Positions 20,728 to 33,900 of a stretch of DNA of 64,000 bases are shown here, piece by piece. A model generated the notes under the pieces. That model had not been told where the DNA came from. It did no database searches and was given only the letters and a program-made list of their open reading frames with translations. How positions within the stretch are numbered: the first letter of the stretch is position 1; each line of letters opens with the position of its first letter. A program made the position numbers and the translations under genes. Origin of the DNA: Catajapyx aquilonaris. Taxonomy: Eukaryota. The stretch is taken from contig KZ538128.1 in NCBI GenBank assembly GCA_000934665.2, forward strand, positions 62,001 through 126,000. Direction: 5' to 3'.

Positions 20728-20806
20728 CTGTTCAAAACCACAAGCAAATAAATACACGCTTCTCTTCCTTCACCCAACAGTGTGGCCGCTGTGACTGGCT
20801 CCTAAC

Positions 20807-20916
20807 CTTGAACCACTCGGGATAAATGGAGACAATGGTCTCCAGTAGGTCGCGGTCCAGGCGTACGCTCCAGTACACTGTCTGCGTAGAACCGTTGGCC
20901 AAGGTGAATCGCGACT
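20807..20916 (-). CDS. Mrtf: Candidate Mrtf N-terminal extension exon (SRFTLANGSTQTVYWSVRLDRDLLETIVSIYPEWFK)
   Basis: Acceptor TTTTTGTTTGACTTTGCAG| and donor AAG|GTTAGG. Splices in frame over a 79-nt intron, a size similar to the gene's other short introns. Confidence 0.65.
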
Positions 20917-23320
20917 CTGCAAAGTCAAACAAAAATCAATTACTACTCTGTCATATTGTCATCACCTGTCAATATGTGCATGCTTCTGTTACTCATAACA
21001 CTGGTGTGCCCAGTGGTCACATATTGTCATCCCCATGCTCTCTGCCCATCTTACCACTGGAAAGACTCCTGTCAGCTACCCAGATCTCTTACAAGGTGTT
21101 CCAGGTGCATCTTCCCATGCACTGGATATACCCTAACCAACCTGACCTCACACTACTGACCCTGCACGTGTCATTTGTGCCTGGTGACAACCTCTCGCGT
21201 GTCCAGCCTTCCTCCAGCCTTGCGCAAATTGGCTGAGGCTCCCACTACAGGTGTAACTTGCATTCTGGCCTATATCAGGCTAGCAGAGGGAGGCCGACGC
21301 CCCCTCCAACCTCTGACGTCACAGACGTGAGAACAGGGGTGGTGTGGTGGGGTGGTTGGTGGTGGGAGAAGGTTCAGATAATAAAAGTCGGCAACACTGG
21401 GCTTCCCACGCAGAACTCTTAACGATATATCCCTATCCTTCGGGACTTCTCAAAATTACGCCAAAATAATCACCCAGTGTGGTACAGCATCCGTTCGAAA
21501 AAACACAGCAGGTTATGCAACAACCACATGACATCACACCCTGTCACTCTCGTAATACCGTGCAACATGTGGTCGTGCCATAAACAATCCGAGAGATTAG
21601 ACCCCCAGTTCTAGGACTCCCTTTATTTATCAAGGGGAGGTTCGTGTCATCATTGGAAAATGGTCTTCCCCTTTCGTATATAACCGCAGTCACCTTGAAA
21701 TGTGTCAGAAGACGACCACGAATAATATTTAATCACGGCTCAACAAGGCCTCTGGTGTCGCAATGTACTATCGCCAGCGAAAAGATGGACACGGCTGGTT
21801 GAAAGATTTTGTTTGTTTGTATTTAATTGGGGGAAGAACCTGTCCCGCTACCGATATCTCCCGGCATTCCAGGGAACCATCAATCGTCCGCATCTTTTTG
21901 TTCTTCACAGTACATATGGCACCCATCACTGTGAGGCCTCATCGCAAAATAATCGACGGGATACGAATCCGAAATATTTTTATCCCTTACCAGCATCGAT
22001 TGCAACACCATTTTTGTCGCATCGGCGCCACAATGTCGGTGTTTTCTCAGCTGATAGAGCCTCATCCCCCCCTACCATCCACCTCCTTTCGCCCAGGTGA
22101 GTCATGTGACCCATATCTCCCAGCTCTCACCCGCGCGCCACGCAGCTCAACAATCGAGCCGATTGTTAAACCAGCTGCAGCGCAAAAGTGACGTCACGAC
22201 GTGGAGGTGGCAACAGAAGCACCTTGACAGTGTGTGCGACACCTACGCCCCCTACACCCACACTCGAATCAAGCACGAGCCCCTCACAAAACCTGTAGGT
22301 GGTCGCGCTGGAATTTAATTCAAAACCTACGCACACGCGTTTAAACTCGGTTTTTGCCCACATTCGTCTTGGCATCGATACCCGGCTGGACAGGGGCTTT
22401 CACCAAAATCGGTGTGTCGCAATTCGGAATTCCAGGTGTCCACATGGAAGGTCGCCAACTGCCAATTGGCATGTATCGGGCTGCTGGTCCACCCGACCGT
22501 TCAAGTCGCTCATGGCCCATACACGCGTTGAAGTCTTCCCCATCATGTAATTTCGTGAATCACATAGCCTACTCCTGATCTAAATTGGCAGAAGGGTGGC
22601 GAGGGGGCCGCCCCCGCGATGGTCTTTGCCCGGGGCCAAGAAGAGACACTCCCCTTGTGATGGCCGCTTTTCCTGCTCGGGCGCCAGCCGTCCTTGGTGC
22701 ACTTAAGCCCCACCCTGGCGCCTACGCCTTCTTGCAGGCAGGTTCCCCTCCAGCGTCTCATGCCATCATCAACCATTCACTCACAATATATTTCAAAGCC
22801 GAATTTCTTCCACTGTTTTTCCTGCCTAGCAACAGTCCATCGGCCTCTCGCAACTTCTTTTTTCCGGGCCGTGGTCACGTCTTTCGGATGGGCTTACTAA
22901 TTGACATTCCTCAGCTTCCTTCGGCCGACCGAGTGACGCCGCAGGCGCCTCATTTCGACATTGCCAACAACTCCGTATCTCTCAGCATCTCTCCTCCATA
23001 TGAAGCAATGGACCTGTTGGATGCAGCACGACTCGGCTATACATTCGAGATATGTACCGTTTTTTTCCGCACAAAAATGGCGCCCAAGGGCCGTTGGGAA
23101 GGCTTGTTTTCCAGTTGGCAAAAGCTGTGGGTTCGACCAGGGGCAAGAAGGTGTGGGTGGTATAAGGTGGTCGAGGGATAGATAAGAAGAAGAGGAGAGA
23201 AAGAAAGATACACACACACACACTCAGACACAGAAAAAAAAAACACATACCCGGCGTACACGCCTGTCAGACAGGTTATCCAGCTTGTAAGAAGGATATA
23301 GCAGGAGACAACCAACTCAC

Positions 23321-23327
23321 TCGCCAT
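23321..23327 (-). CDS. Mrtf: Candidate alternative first coding micro-segment (ATG GCG A) of Mrtf
   Basis: AAC-ATG-GCG-A|GTGAGT has a strong start context and a consensus donor. Phase 1 matches the 20916 acceptor. Confidence 0.4.
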
Positions 23328-26300
23328 GTTGCAACAGCTTGCACGAACAAACCGAAAACCTTACCATTGCGACCAAAAGGTGTCATTCGGGGTAATGTCC
23401 ATTGATCTGGACTTGTTACCGTAAAACAAAAAAAAAAACGCCTCATTTCCCTTCATGCGCGAAATTCCTTTTGACAAGTGAGTGGTCGACTTGTCGCAGT
23501 ACCTGTCACCTGGACATGTCAAGTCAATCGACATACTTCATCTTGTCATGTCAGTAAAAATAATTACAGCCTGGTAATTAATAATTATACTGGTCGCGAC
23601 ATCATACGTGTTTTGACTTGTGCCGTCCAATTTTTTATTCTCGCGTGTCAAGTGATAGCCATTCACAATCAAACTATCAAAGACACCGACCGTGGGTATG
23701 CCCGTCAGGCAAGACGTGTTCTAAACATAAAAGCTGGACGCGTATATTCCGCCAGGGCGCAGCGTCATCGAATTCTGGCTTAAGTACGGAACGAATGCGT
23801 GTTTCACGGGACATTATACCCGTACTCCACTGGGGGCAGACTATGCGACAGATGTGCGAATCTTTCATGCTTCCGCTGCAATTGTCTCGTCGGTTTCAAT
23901 TTGTCACGTCCATAAAAGACGTGAAAAGTCAAACACAAAGAAGCGCCGCTGCAATTTTCTCACCGCACATGCTAAGGCAACAATGCATAGTTACGAGAGC
24001 GGAATATTCTTGGAAGCCAGAGCAGCGTGGAAGAAGTGACATAACTCACTAAAAATAAAAGCACAGTTATCCACGGTTATTTGCCTGCCAAATACCCCGC
24101 CAGCGTGGCACAATCGCGCAAAACATGCCGAACATTCGCAAATCCCTGGCATGTCCGTTCTAAAGGCTCTATCCGTGAAAGCAGCCCGAGTAAACAACCG
24201 TTTTCACGAAGCAAACATGCAGGTTATTATTCAGGTTATTATTCACTTTTCTCTCTCTGAAATAACATAAATAAATAAATAAGGAATAGCCGCAGATTTC
24301 AGTCGCGATATCTCACCCTTAGTATTGCACGTACCCTATACATTGTACAGCCTATTAAAGGCAAAATGACAGGAAATATAAAATTGTCCGCCTCCTAGAA
24401 AATTTCTTGCACCTGACTAACACTCAACACCAGTGACTACAAATACCGGTGCATTTTTCCTAAAGTACGCTCATTTCATAAAACGCTCAAAGACTGGATT
24501 TGTGTGAAGTAGTTTAATAATTGTAATAATATTAAATAATATTAGAGTTCATATACGACAGGAAACTCTGATTCTGCATACTATCGTAATACAACAGTGA
24601 TAAATTTTCACTTAATTTGTAAACTGGGACTGTCATAATTAAAACTCAAAGCGCTGTGCACCAAAAAGGCAAACGAAAACAGGATGCGACGAGCAGTACC
24701 TATCACACGGTTCGAAAAGGTCAAGGCATCCAATATGGATCACAGTGATTGAGGTGTCCCCAACGTTGAGTCGTGTGAGTCGAAATTGAACTACCTCGTC
24801 CCTGAAACTGTTCTTTTTTGTACACCCTCCGTATTTGGGAGTTGTTTTTTACGCCATGTCAAGAGGCGAATGGAAGGTGGAGGGGGTGGCAAGGCAGTCT
24901 GTGGGCTTGGCTTTTTACAGCTAATTAGGGGTCAGGATTGTGACAGAGTTTCTCTTTTGTCGAAAATGACTCCCCACCACCACCACCCATAGTGGCATCC
25001 ATCAACCAGCCCTACCTGGCCAGCTTTATTTGAAAATCGCGGAAGAGGCATATAGGTAACACTTCCTCACCCCCTCCTCCTCCTCCTCACCCCTCCCCCG
25101 ATCCCAGTTTTACAAGTTGAGAAGTTGTTTCAGCGCGCCTTCTTTCCACCTAAGGGTACCCGAAGGCCTTCCGTGTAAGTTGTGCCGCCAATCGCAAGAT
25201 TATGGATGTTGCACAACTTATACAAAGCGGCCTGAACTGTCGACACGTGTTTCGCTTTTGGCACTAACCGATCCCAACTTGGTCATTCATTTCCATATTT
25301 CAAATATGGACCAATCGGCACTGTAAGTATAGGGTACTCAAAAAGTGGCGCGCAATAAGCCTTGAATCAGCTGTAATATTATTGTCATAACTGGATTATA
25401 GTTTGACGCCATTCGCTGGAGGCCTCAAGGAAACGTCACGTCAATTTTCCTGCAACCATATCAATAACTGTCAAGTGAAAATTTCCACTCAATAATTGAG
25501 TTACATGGTTGGCTCATTCTGAATGACATTGGGAAAACTTGAGCCATAAGTTCACTGTAGAATTAAGTCAATATCTTATCTCGGATTACATGAAGATCAG
25601 ATAATCACTCAATGAATTTGCAACACTCATCCATGTAGATCCACTGTGAATTTTAAAAATCGCTCAAATTGAGCTCGCTTTGTACCTGTTTGAGTTAGTC
25701 CCAATACAAGCAGTCATACCTCCAGAACACACGGAGTTCAATTCCCCCCCCCCCCNCTACATACAGTTACTATTGGGGGAAGGAGGGTCGAAGAATCACT
25801 CAAGTGTCAGACTCGTTCAACCTTTCGGCTATAAAACGTATCCTAGATAGCAAGTCCGGCTCAAACTGGAGCGTGTGAAGAGTCCTTGTATGCTTCAGGT
25901 CGGCAATGCAAATGCCGACATAGACCTATAACAAACGGCCGGCCAACAATTCCAACCTGCGCGACTGGATATCGGCCGGTGGGCACATCGACCTTGCAGC
26001 CCCTCAGCCGCGCAACAAGCGGTCATTCCATGTCTATATAGCTAAACTGCGAATCAAAATAAATACAGGCGCCTGCAATATAAATGGTCCGATCATAAAT
26101 AAAAATGTCCAAGGCTACGTCAATCGGACAGGTTAAGGGGGGGTCAATTAAAAAAGACGCGTTTGCCCTGATGACCCAAATGCCACTTGCTCATAACACA
26201 CATTGCGACACGGTGGCAACATGCGAGCTGAATCGGAATCGAATTTCCTCGCAAGCGTGGGCTACAAGTCGATTCTCGCAAGCTGATGAACACACCTTAC

Positions 26301-27542
26301 CTAATGGAATCTGAACGCGACCGGCCCTGCTTCGGCGAGCACTTGGCCCATAAAACGCTAATCAGTTTCATCGCCATAGTCCCGCGCCCGCAACAGGTAT
26401 TGCGGTTCGTCTATTTTCTCTTATCGCAATTTCTCCCGCTATATGCACTACGTGACCAAAATCGGTTAAATATTAAATCAAATTCCGGCCCGCTTTTATG
26501 CAGATGGCGCTGATTTTGCGCGGCACGAGTTTGTTTACAAAGCGTCTCTCAATGCCAGCGAGAAATAATGGAGCAGTCATGTGCCATAATGCCTGGTGTC
26601 ACGGTACTCAGCCACCTCACGTCTCAGTCCGGCTAACCTTTTTATCAGTCTTATCTACCTCTTTTTATGTACCATTGCATTGGAAGATTGCAAACATCAA
26701 GCAGACCGCTCTGTAATTATCAGACTACGCGATGACGGGTTCATTGTTTATACAGGAAGAGCAGGCCCATTGTTATTAACTGCATAAGCTGCACATGCCA
26801 CACTCTTCGTAAATTCCGCACAGCCCATTACCACCCCCGCAATAATGACACTAAATAGTGACGAAATCCACGCACACAACCCACACTGATGGCAAATGGA
26901 CGACACGCCCTATGAGCTAATCCTAAATATCCTTACAAGTGCAAAACCGCTCCTGGCAGCTCCATAACAATGGTCCGCAGAAATCACTGTTGCCTTCCCA
27001 TCTCCTGTTCCCTCAGCGAACTGACAAATCTCTCGGGCGCAAGACATACAACGTGGGTGAGGGTGGGTGGCTTTGGAGGAAAGATTATAAGACGATAGGA
27101 GTTGGGTCTGGTGGGCGCCACCTGTCGGGCCTCTCGAGCAACTTGTTGCCTGCTGCATGCTTGCTACCCACTTGTTGAATATTATTCAGCCCACGGGTAT
27201 AGCGCTCTGTCAAATATCAGTAGTTCAAGATAATTTGGGGACAGAATATTTTTATGCCGCGAACGTGATATTTGGTGGTTGAACGAGGGTGAATCGACCT
27301 GTGCTTGATGTGTGCAGTATGTGAAAATGAGCTAAAAATTAGTGCGCTAATAAGTAAATTAAGGGCTCGGAGACGCCGCATTTTTCTAGTTTTACTGTTT
27401 CCTTACAAGTAAATTCTAAATATATGCAAAAATGAAAGTCGCAAAATGCTATATTTTCCTGGCCAATTAACTTTCGATCTTCAAAAAGTATACCGTACAT
27501 AATATAACAAATTTTAATGAGTAGATCTTCTATCGTAATATA

Positions 27543-27966
27543 CAGGGTGTATCTGAACTCAGTGCCCCGACGTATATGACTGCCTTCCTAGCCACCAGAG
27601 GATCGATTTAAGTATAGGAGTCATATGTCTGGGCAGCCTCATTACGGAGATAATTGGCCGCAAACATGTAGTACAAAATATCCTGTCGGTTAGGCCACCC
27701 ATCGGACCCTCCCCCAGTCAGAAGGCTCTGGAAGGTCTGGGGGCGGGACTTTGTTGGTTTGTTGCCCACAGGTGGTAAGGCCTCTTTGGCTAGTTACACC
27801 AGAAAATTCTATTTAAAAGTCAGAAGGAGCGATTAGGCAAAAATCTCTAAAGAGTGTATCTCAGTAATGACGCTGCCCAGACATAGGACTCCTATACTTA
27901 AATCGATCCTCTGGTGGCTAGGAAGGCAGTCATATACGTCGGGGCACTGAGTTCAGATACACCCTG
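27543..27966. mobile_element. Young Tc1/mariner-type MITE with ~110-bp near-perfect TIRs
   Basis: TA|CAGGGTGTATCTGAACTCAGTGCCCCGACG... is mirrored by ...CGTCGGGGCACTGAGTTCAGATACACCCTG|TA. Confidence 0.9.
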
Positions 27967-30900
27967 TATAGGTTCGAAATATCATCCGTGATGCTATTTT
28001 CAAGCGAGCGGGCGATTGAAGGAAAATGAATGGCACTAATTCCGCACAAGACCAAATATACAGTATATTACCTGTTGGTCTCATGTATATACCTCCCAGG
28101 GGTAAATTATAGTGTAAATAAGCCTCCTGGAATCATGATTATTGATGCACCCTGATGCAATTTACACTCTATTAACTTGCAGACCACAGAAGCATGATGC
28201 GCATTCAATATAAAGCGTAGCAAGTACAGCAACCCACCGCATCGCAGTATCCATTGTGACCTCAGATGTTCTACTGCGCAATGCTGTGGTGGGGGTTTAT
28301 TATTGGTTCAGTACGCAACAAAATAAATGGCTGTCCCACAAAAAAAAATCGTGAAATAAGCCTTACTAACATAAATTTGGCGCGCAAGTTTTTACGTTTT
28401 TGACGCAACAATTTCAGTTCATTCGCGCACGTATTCCTACCAGCCCCCCTCAACCATAAGGATTCCTTAAGCAACTGCAAGCAAGTCTTGCTATTTGTGT
28501 CTTCGTTCTTACGACATATCCATAGAACTTCCTGCAAAAATCATAATTTTCCCTTCTGATAAGTGACTTTCATGGCAAAATATTCCAGTTATAACTTCGA
28601 AGAACGCGTGATTTTTTTACGAGGGCGCATTCTGGTTAGAATGGCTTGCTCTTGGGTCACGGCGTGAGGGTTGCATGCAGTTGTAACGTCAAGCTTCAGT
28701 AAATATCTTCATTCTTCTCGAATATGAAACGCATCACACGGCTGAAAGTTTCGCACACGCTTAGTCACAGCGGAATTTTCCCGGCTAAAGTTCAAGTACT
28801 TTATCCTCCACTTGCGATAAAATAATGTTTAATTTTTTTTTAAATATTATCTGGCTGTGTATTTATAGTCCGCATGGCAGCTCCAAACGCGTTGGATTTA
28901 ATTATTGATACGCTGCAGAGTCATGCCGTAATAAATTCTAAATGAATAGCATGCTCCACTTTATTGTTGAGCGTTAGTCCTTTTTAAAAATAAAGCTTTG
29001 TTGTTAAGCTTCTCTTTGCAAATCGATTATCATGCATGTCACGTTTCTACAGTTGCTTCTAGCTCAAGCCACACGTCCTAAGCGTTGCTTGTGACAACAA
29101 TAAACCGAGTAGGGTCACTTTATGTGCACGATTATGATGGCGGGAGGTACTTCTTGTTATCACCTTGAATCTAACACATTCCGCCTCATCAGGTGTCTAC
29201 ATCTGTTCACGTCCCGCCTCAAGACGGCAATAAAAAGGCACTTGGTGGTTAGGCCATTTTATAAACATAATGGTGCTTCAAACTGGCAGGCCCTTTTGTC
29301 ATTCTTAGGATTCTAATAAATTCCGTCTCCATCAGATGTGACTCCCTTCTGGTTTGACTTCACGACCAAACTCGGACGGGACAAACTATTGCGTGAACAT
29401 TACCCCTTCAGAAACACATGAACCTGGTGCTCAATAACATGACCATACACTTTGGCATACCCTACCAGTCTGAGTGTATAACGAGGTGAATGAAACCAAA
29501 GGGAATTCTTCCTCCTCTCACCTGAGTGATTCTCACTCGCATTCATTGAGCGTGTATCCAACCATCCAACGTGATAACAACAAGAAACTTCTTGACGGGT
29601 GGGCCGTTTCATGAACACGATTACGGTGCCTTAAGTGTCAGGAGGCCATTTTGTACGTCCTCCATCACATCATTTTGGCTCAGGAGAAAGTCCGGTTTAT
29701 TTTGGGGCTCCCGGTTTACTGGGCCACCCAAGGCTCCTGACACGACTATTAAAAAAACAGTGCTCCCCACTCATTTTTGCATCGAATTGCATCATTCAAT
29801 AAGTGCATGGCAACAAATAGAGTTTTGTGCGGTTGTTTGGCACAGCAGCCCTCAGAGCGGCTCCATTCGGTACAAGTCCCAAAATAGCAGGACCCAGCAA
29901 TTTTCTTTTCTCCAACACGGGCCGAGGTCGTCGAAACTAGTTCAACACTATTGTGTCGGATGCACGATTGTTTCTGACGCGCCTTTTTACAGCCTTCTAC
30001 TCTGGATTCGCTGCCAAAAATCCGTTCAGGTGGTACAGTAGTGGCCTATGTGTCACAGGTGACAACACCAAAGACGAATTCAATGGTACCTTACGAGTGG
30101 CCCTATTTCCCTCTCGTCACTCGAATTCTTGATTCGCATCGGATGCAGGGCATTACTGTATGTGTAAAGATTCAAGCATGTTCAAGCATTGCGGTTCTGA
30201 TTTGTTTCCGTGGTGCAACGCCTCATAATGCAACTGTACTGCATGCAATGAGGGCGCCACATGGGATGGCATCTTAGGCACTTGCTTGCACGTGCCAAGG
30301 CCGGTGAAACAGAATGTATGAAATCGATCAAAAGGGTTAGTTCGGGTAGTTTCCCACACTAAAACACAGTATAACACGGTCTTAAGATAACACGTCTCAA
30401 TGTGTTTTGCTATTAATTTTCTTATAAATACAGGGCTATGTCATTGTAAATATGATTGGGACGCAGCTAACTGACTATATCTAATGGATAGGGCCGTGCA
30501 GGTTTGCATCAGTTTCCAATACTGTACTGCATTTAAAGCTCATTTCATTTTCATTGTCACCTGATGAGATACACCCATGCAACATATTCGAATAAAGGAG
30601 GCTTCTTGGATGGACCATTACATGATGAGCAATCGTGGTCATTAAGTTTCCTTTCATTAGAAGAGCAATACAAAATGAGCTTAAGAAGTCACGTAAAGCT
30701 CTAACAGCCGCAAAGCCGCCGCTTAATTGCAGCAATGTTACAAAGTTCGCTGCTCCGTAACTCCAGGGCATGATCAATATGATACTCATAAAGGACAGTC
30801 TGCGCAAATAAAAACCGTGGACCATCTGACAACATGATAACAAACTGCACTCCATGACTGTCCCTGCGGCACTCCAGAAGGGTACGCAACCCATTGGCCT

Positions 30901-33900
30901 CGTAGACCCGTCGGAAAGCGTGATCTACATAACTGCCACCCAAAAATCCCCATTACTGAGACAAACAGCAGCTGTTCTCACACTTGTCCATTGTTTCTCA
31001 TACGAAGGACCCGAGCCAAATCTCAAAAAGCATGGGGGTGAGGGGTAACCCAGAGGTGTGCTATTTCCGGATTATAGTGGAACGCGGAAATTTACTGGAC
31101 AGTTATTCTTCCACATCGCCCAATCAATTTTACTGTACAAGACGCCAATGATCAACTTTACAAATGTTTCGTCTGAATCCACAGTCAAGTAACAAACCCC
31201 AAACTATTATACTGTGAAGGCAGCAGGACTTTGACCACCACGATACCACGTTTTATGTTGATCAAAAGTAGCATATTGCCACTTATTGGGAAGGTATTGG
31301 CTATCCAAGATCATGAGGTGCTCATGAACGCGAGTTATCATGCCAATAATAACATTTTATTAGGTAGGCTATACCTATACATGGCATGACAACTCCATGC
31401 GTCTTCGCTATATAGGGTCTTATCGCCCTCAATATATCGCATTTGGGTTGAAAAATGGATGCATTACGATAAAGGGATGAATCAGTAGACTATACTTCCT
31501 TATGAACGTGGAGGGACAATATCGCAGGAGCACCTTTTGATAGGATCTCACCGCAATCGGCTTATCGTTCTTTACATCGCAAGACGCCGTAAATAATCTT
31601 CTTCAAAGATCATTGATTTCTTCTTCAGAGTTGAGCGCAAGGTAGTCATATTTTCCCCCCTTTCTTTTCTCCTACCTCTACTGCACGCTGCTCCCTCATA
31701 ATGCAAACGCTCTACGTTATGAGTCGACATACCCAGAATAGCGTCATCATTAAGAACATGGACACGCTTCCCTGTGAGTCCCGAAATGCAGAATGTCTTT
31801 AGTGACAGTCATCACAAATTCGTTAGCGACAAGCGAACAGGCGCGTGTTTCTCCCGCCATTTCTTAAATTTCCCAGAAGCGTGCAAAATTCCGTCTGGTG
31901 TCAAGTAGGTGCCAATCGCCAAAATTTCCGACTCGAAAAACTTCCGGGTTCAAGCGCAAGCTGTCGCGAAGAAACTGTTGCATAAGGACAGGTGGGTGCT
32001 TCACCCACACCTACATCACCACATAACCCCGCCTGCACCTGCCCCTATCAACACTGCCATTCCCGTGGTAGTGGAGGAGTTTGGCTAGGGGGGTGGGGAG
32101 GGGGGGGGGGATGAGGACACATCGCACGTGCTGCCCTCCCATGGAGTAACTCGTCAACACTGGCCCCATGCCAGAATCATCCTTCCCATCCCCCCTTAAA
32201 AAAAGCGTGGGGAAGGGGCCTAAAAACGGTGTCCCCCAAAAATCCAACAATCCACTGTTGACTCCAGGGATCAGCTGACTGTTGAATGTAGGACAACGGA
32301 CCAAAAACCAGAGTTGATTCAGTGAAAGAAACGCTGACTGGCAGCTAGACAAGTCTCCACTTCGTATTTTCGTCTTCGCCCCCATTCACCGCAGTCGAAT
32401 TATGTAATATGGAGCCGGTGAATGCTTGCGCAGCTTTTTTTTTTTTTTTCTGGAAAAGAGCCCGTCTAAGGAAAGGTGGTAAGGAGGGGAGGGGGCAATC
32501 GATCATTCCGGAACAATGCCAGGGGCTTTAGCCCCTCTCTCCAAATTGGCGACTCTGGCATACTGTGCTCTCTGCAAGTACATGTCACTCCGTTGCAGGC
32601 TATGTGGCACTGGCCCAAAATGTTCCATCAGGAATTCACTCAGGTCAGAGTCATGTCTCAATTGCCATATGATTAAAGGGCGCATCTACGGGGTGTGACA
32701 AAAATATGATGCAGTATACGACTGCCAAGTTCTTGCTAATAACCGAGATTTGTTGGTGAAACATCTGACGCTTTAGATATGAATTTTTGATAAGATTGTG
32801 GGTTTCAAACACAAATCATCTGCATCAATGTGCAATCAGCTAAGTCTGTGAAATCAGGTGACCAGTAGGTAATCTCACAAAACAGTTTTCCGGGAGTCAT
32901 ATCGCAATAACAAACGCATTGTCAACTTCAACGATGTGATTAACATGTAGGTTTGGCGACACTGTTGATTTTCCACAAGAGAGTCTAATCGGCAAATATG
33001 TACGCAGCACAAGTATTGCGGAACCAAATACAATGAAACGGGAGTGCAATCGACCGGACTCCAGTCTACAGTACATGACCCCTTCTGGTCAGTTACACTC
33101 AAACCTCTCGAACACGGTAATAAAATGTCGGAACTTAACGAGCATTTGGTACAAAAATTGTGCCAATGGAAACAGGCCTTGAGGGTGCCCACCCTGCCCC
33201 GCCTATAGACACGACTGGTCAACCCCATCCTCCACTGGACCCCGATGGAAGTGGACCGAGTCCGAATGAGACTGTTGTGTGACCAACACTAGCTCGAGGG
33301 TAGGAGAGGCAGGGAAGGATTAGAACGGATGGGAAAGGGAGTGGCCTGCAAAATGAGAAGATCGGTACCGCCATTACTTTCACGATTGGTGGAAACACCT
33401 GTTACACACGGTGCATAAGTGAAATGTAGCACTACACAATGTAATACACCACTTCGGTCAGTCGAGTGTTGTCATTAGAGCTGACTTCGACACTAATGAC
33501 GCTAATGACAACACTCGCATACGATCAATATGTTGTCGTCCAAAATTCGCGGCATCACATCGGACCTGTCCATTTCCACCTTGAGGAGATATAAAGTGTG
33601 TCAGCAGGGTGGCCCTAATTGCTGATCTTTAGGTGTCTATCTTCCACCAAATCAGAAAGTTAGGATGTGATGCAGTACTGTATAAATACCATAGGCCACT
33701 ACATGTTGGTAGTATTGTATAGTATTGCCCCGTACCTGCCAGATTAAAACGGGTGAAAGGGGCAAAATGTCACTAAAACTTCCGGATGATATTTTGAAGT
33801 TGGGGCGTAGTGGAATCACGATCAACACGCCATGTCAGTTTGATTAGCCCCTATGAAAGGCAACCTTCGAGATGCAATATAACTAAAGTTGAAAGGTGCA

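Noticed and set aside
22585..23181. 198-aa plus-strand ORF
   Set aside because: Non-ATG start, no recognisable domain and no supporting splice structure. It lies antisense within the Mrtf 5' region.
29400..31050. Cluster of 70-156 aa ORFs as a possible transposase or viral remnant
   Set aside because: I could not recognise any catalytic or family motif. A TBLASTX search would be needed to support it.
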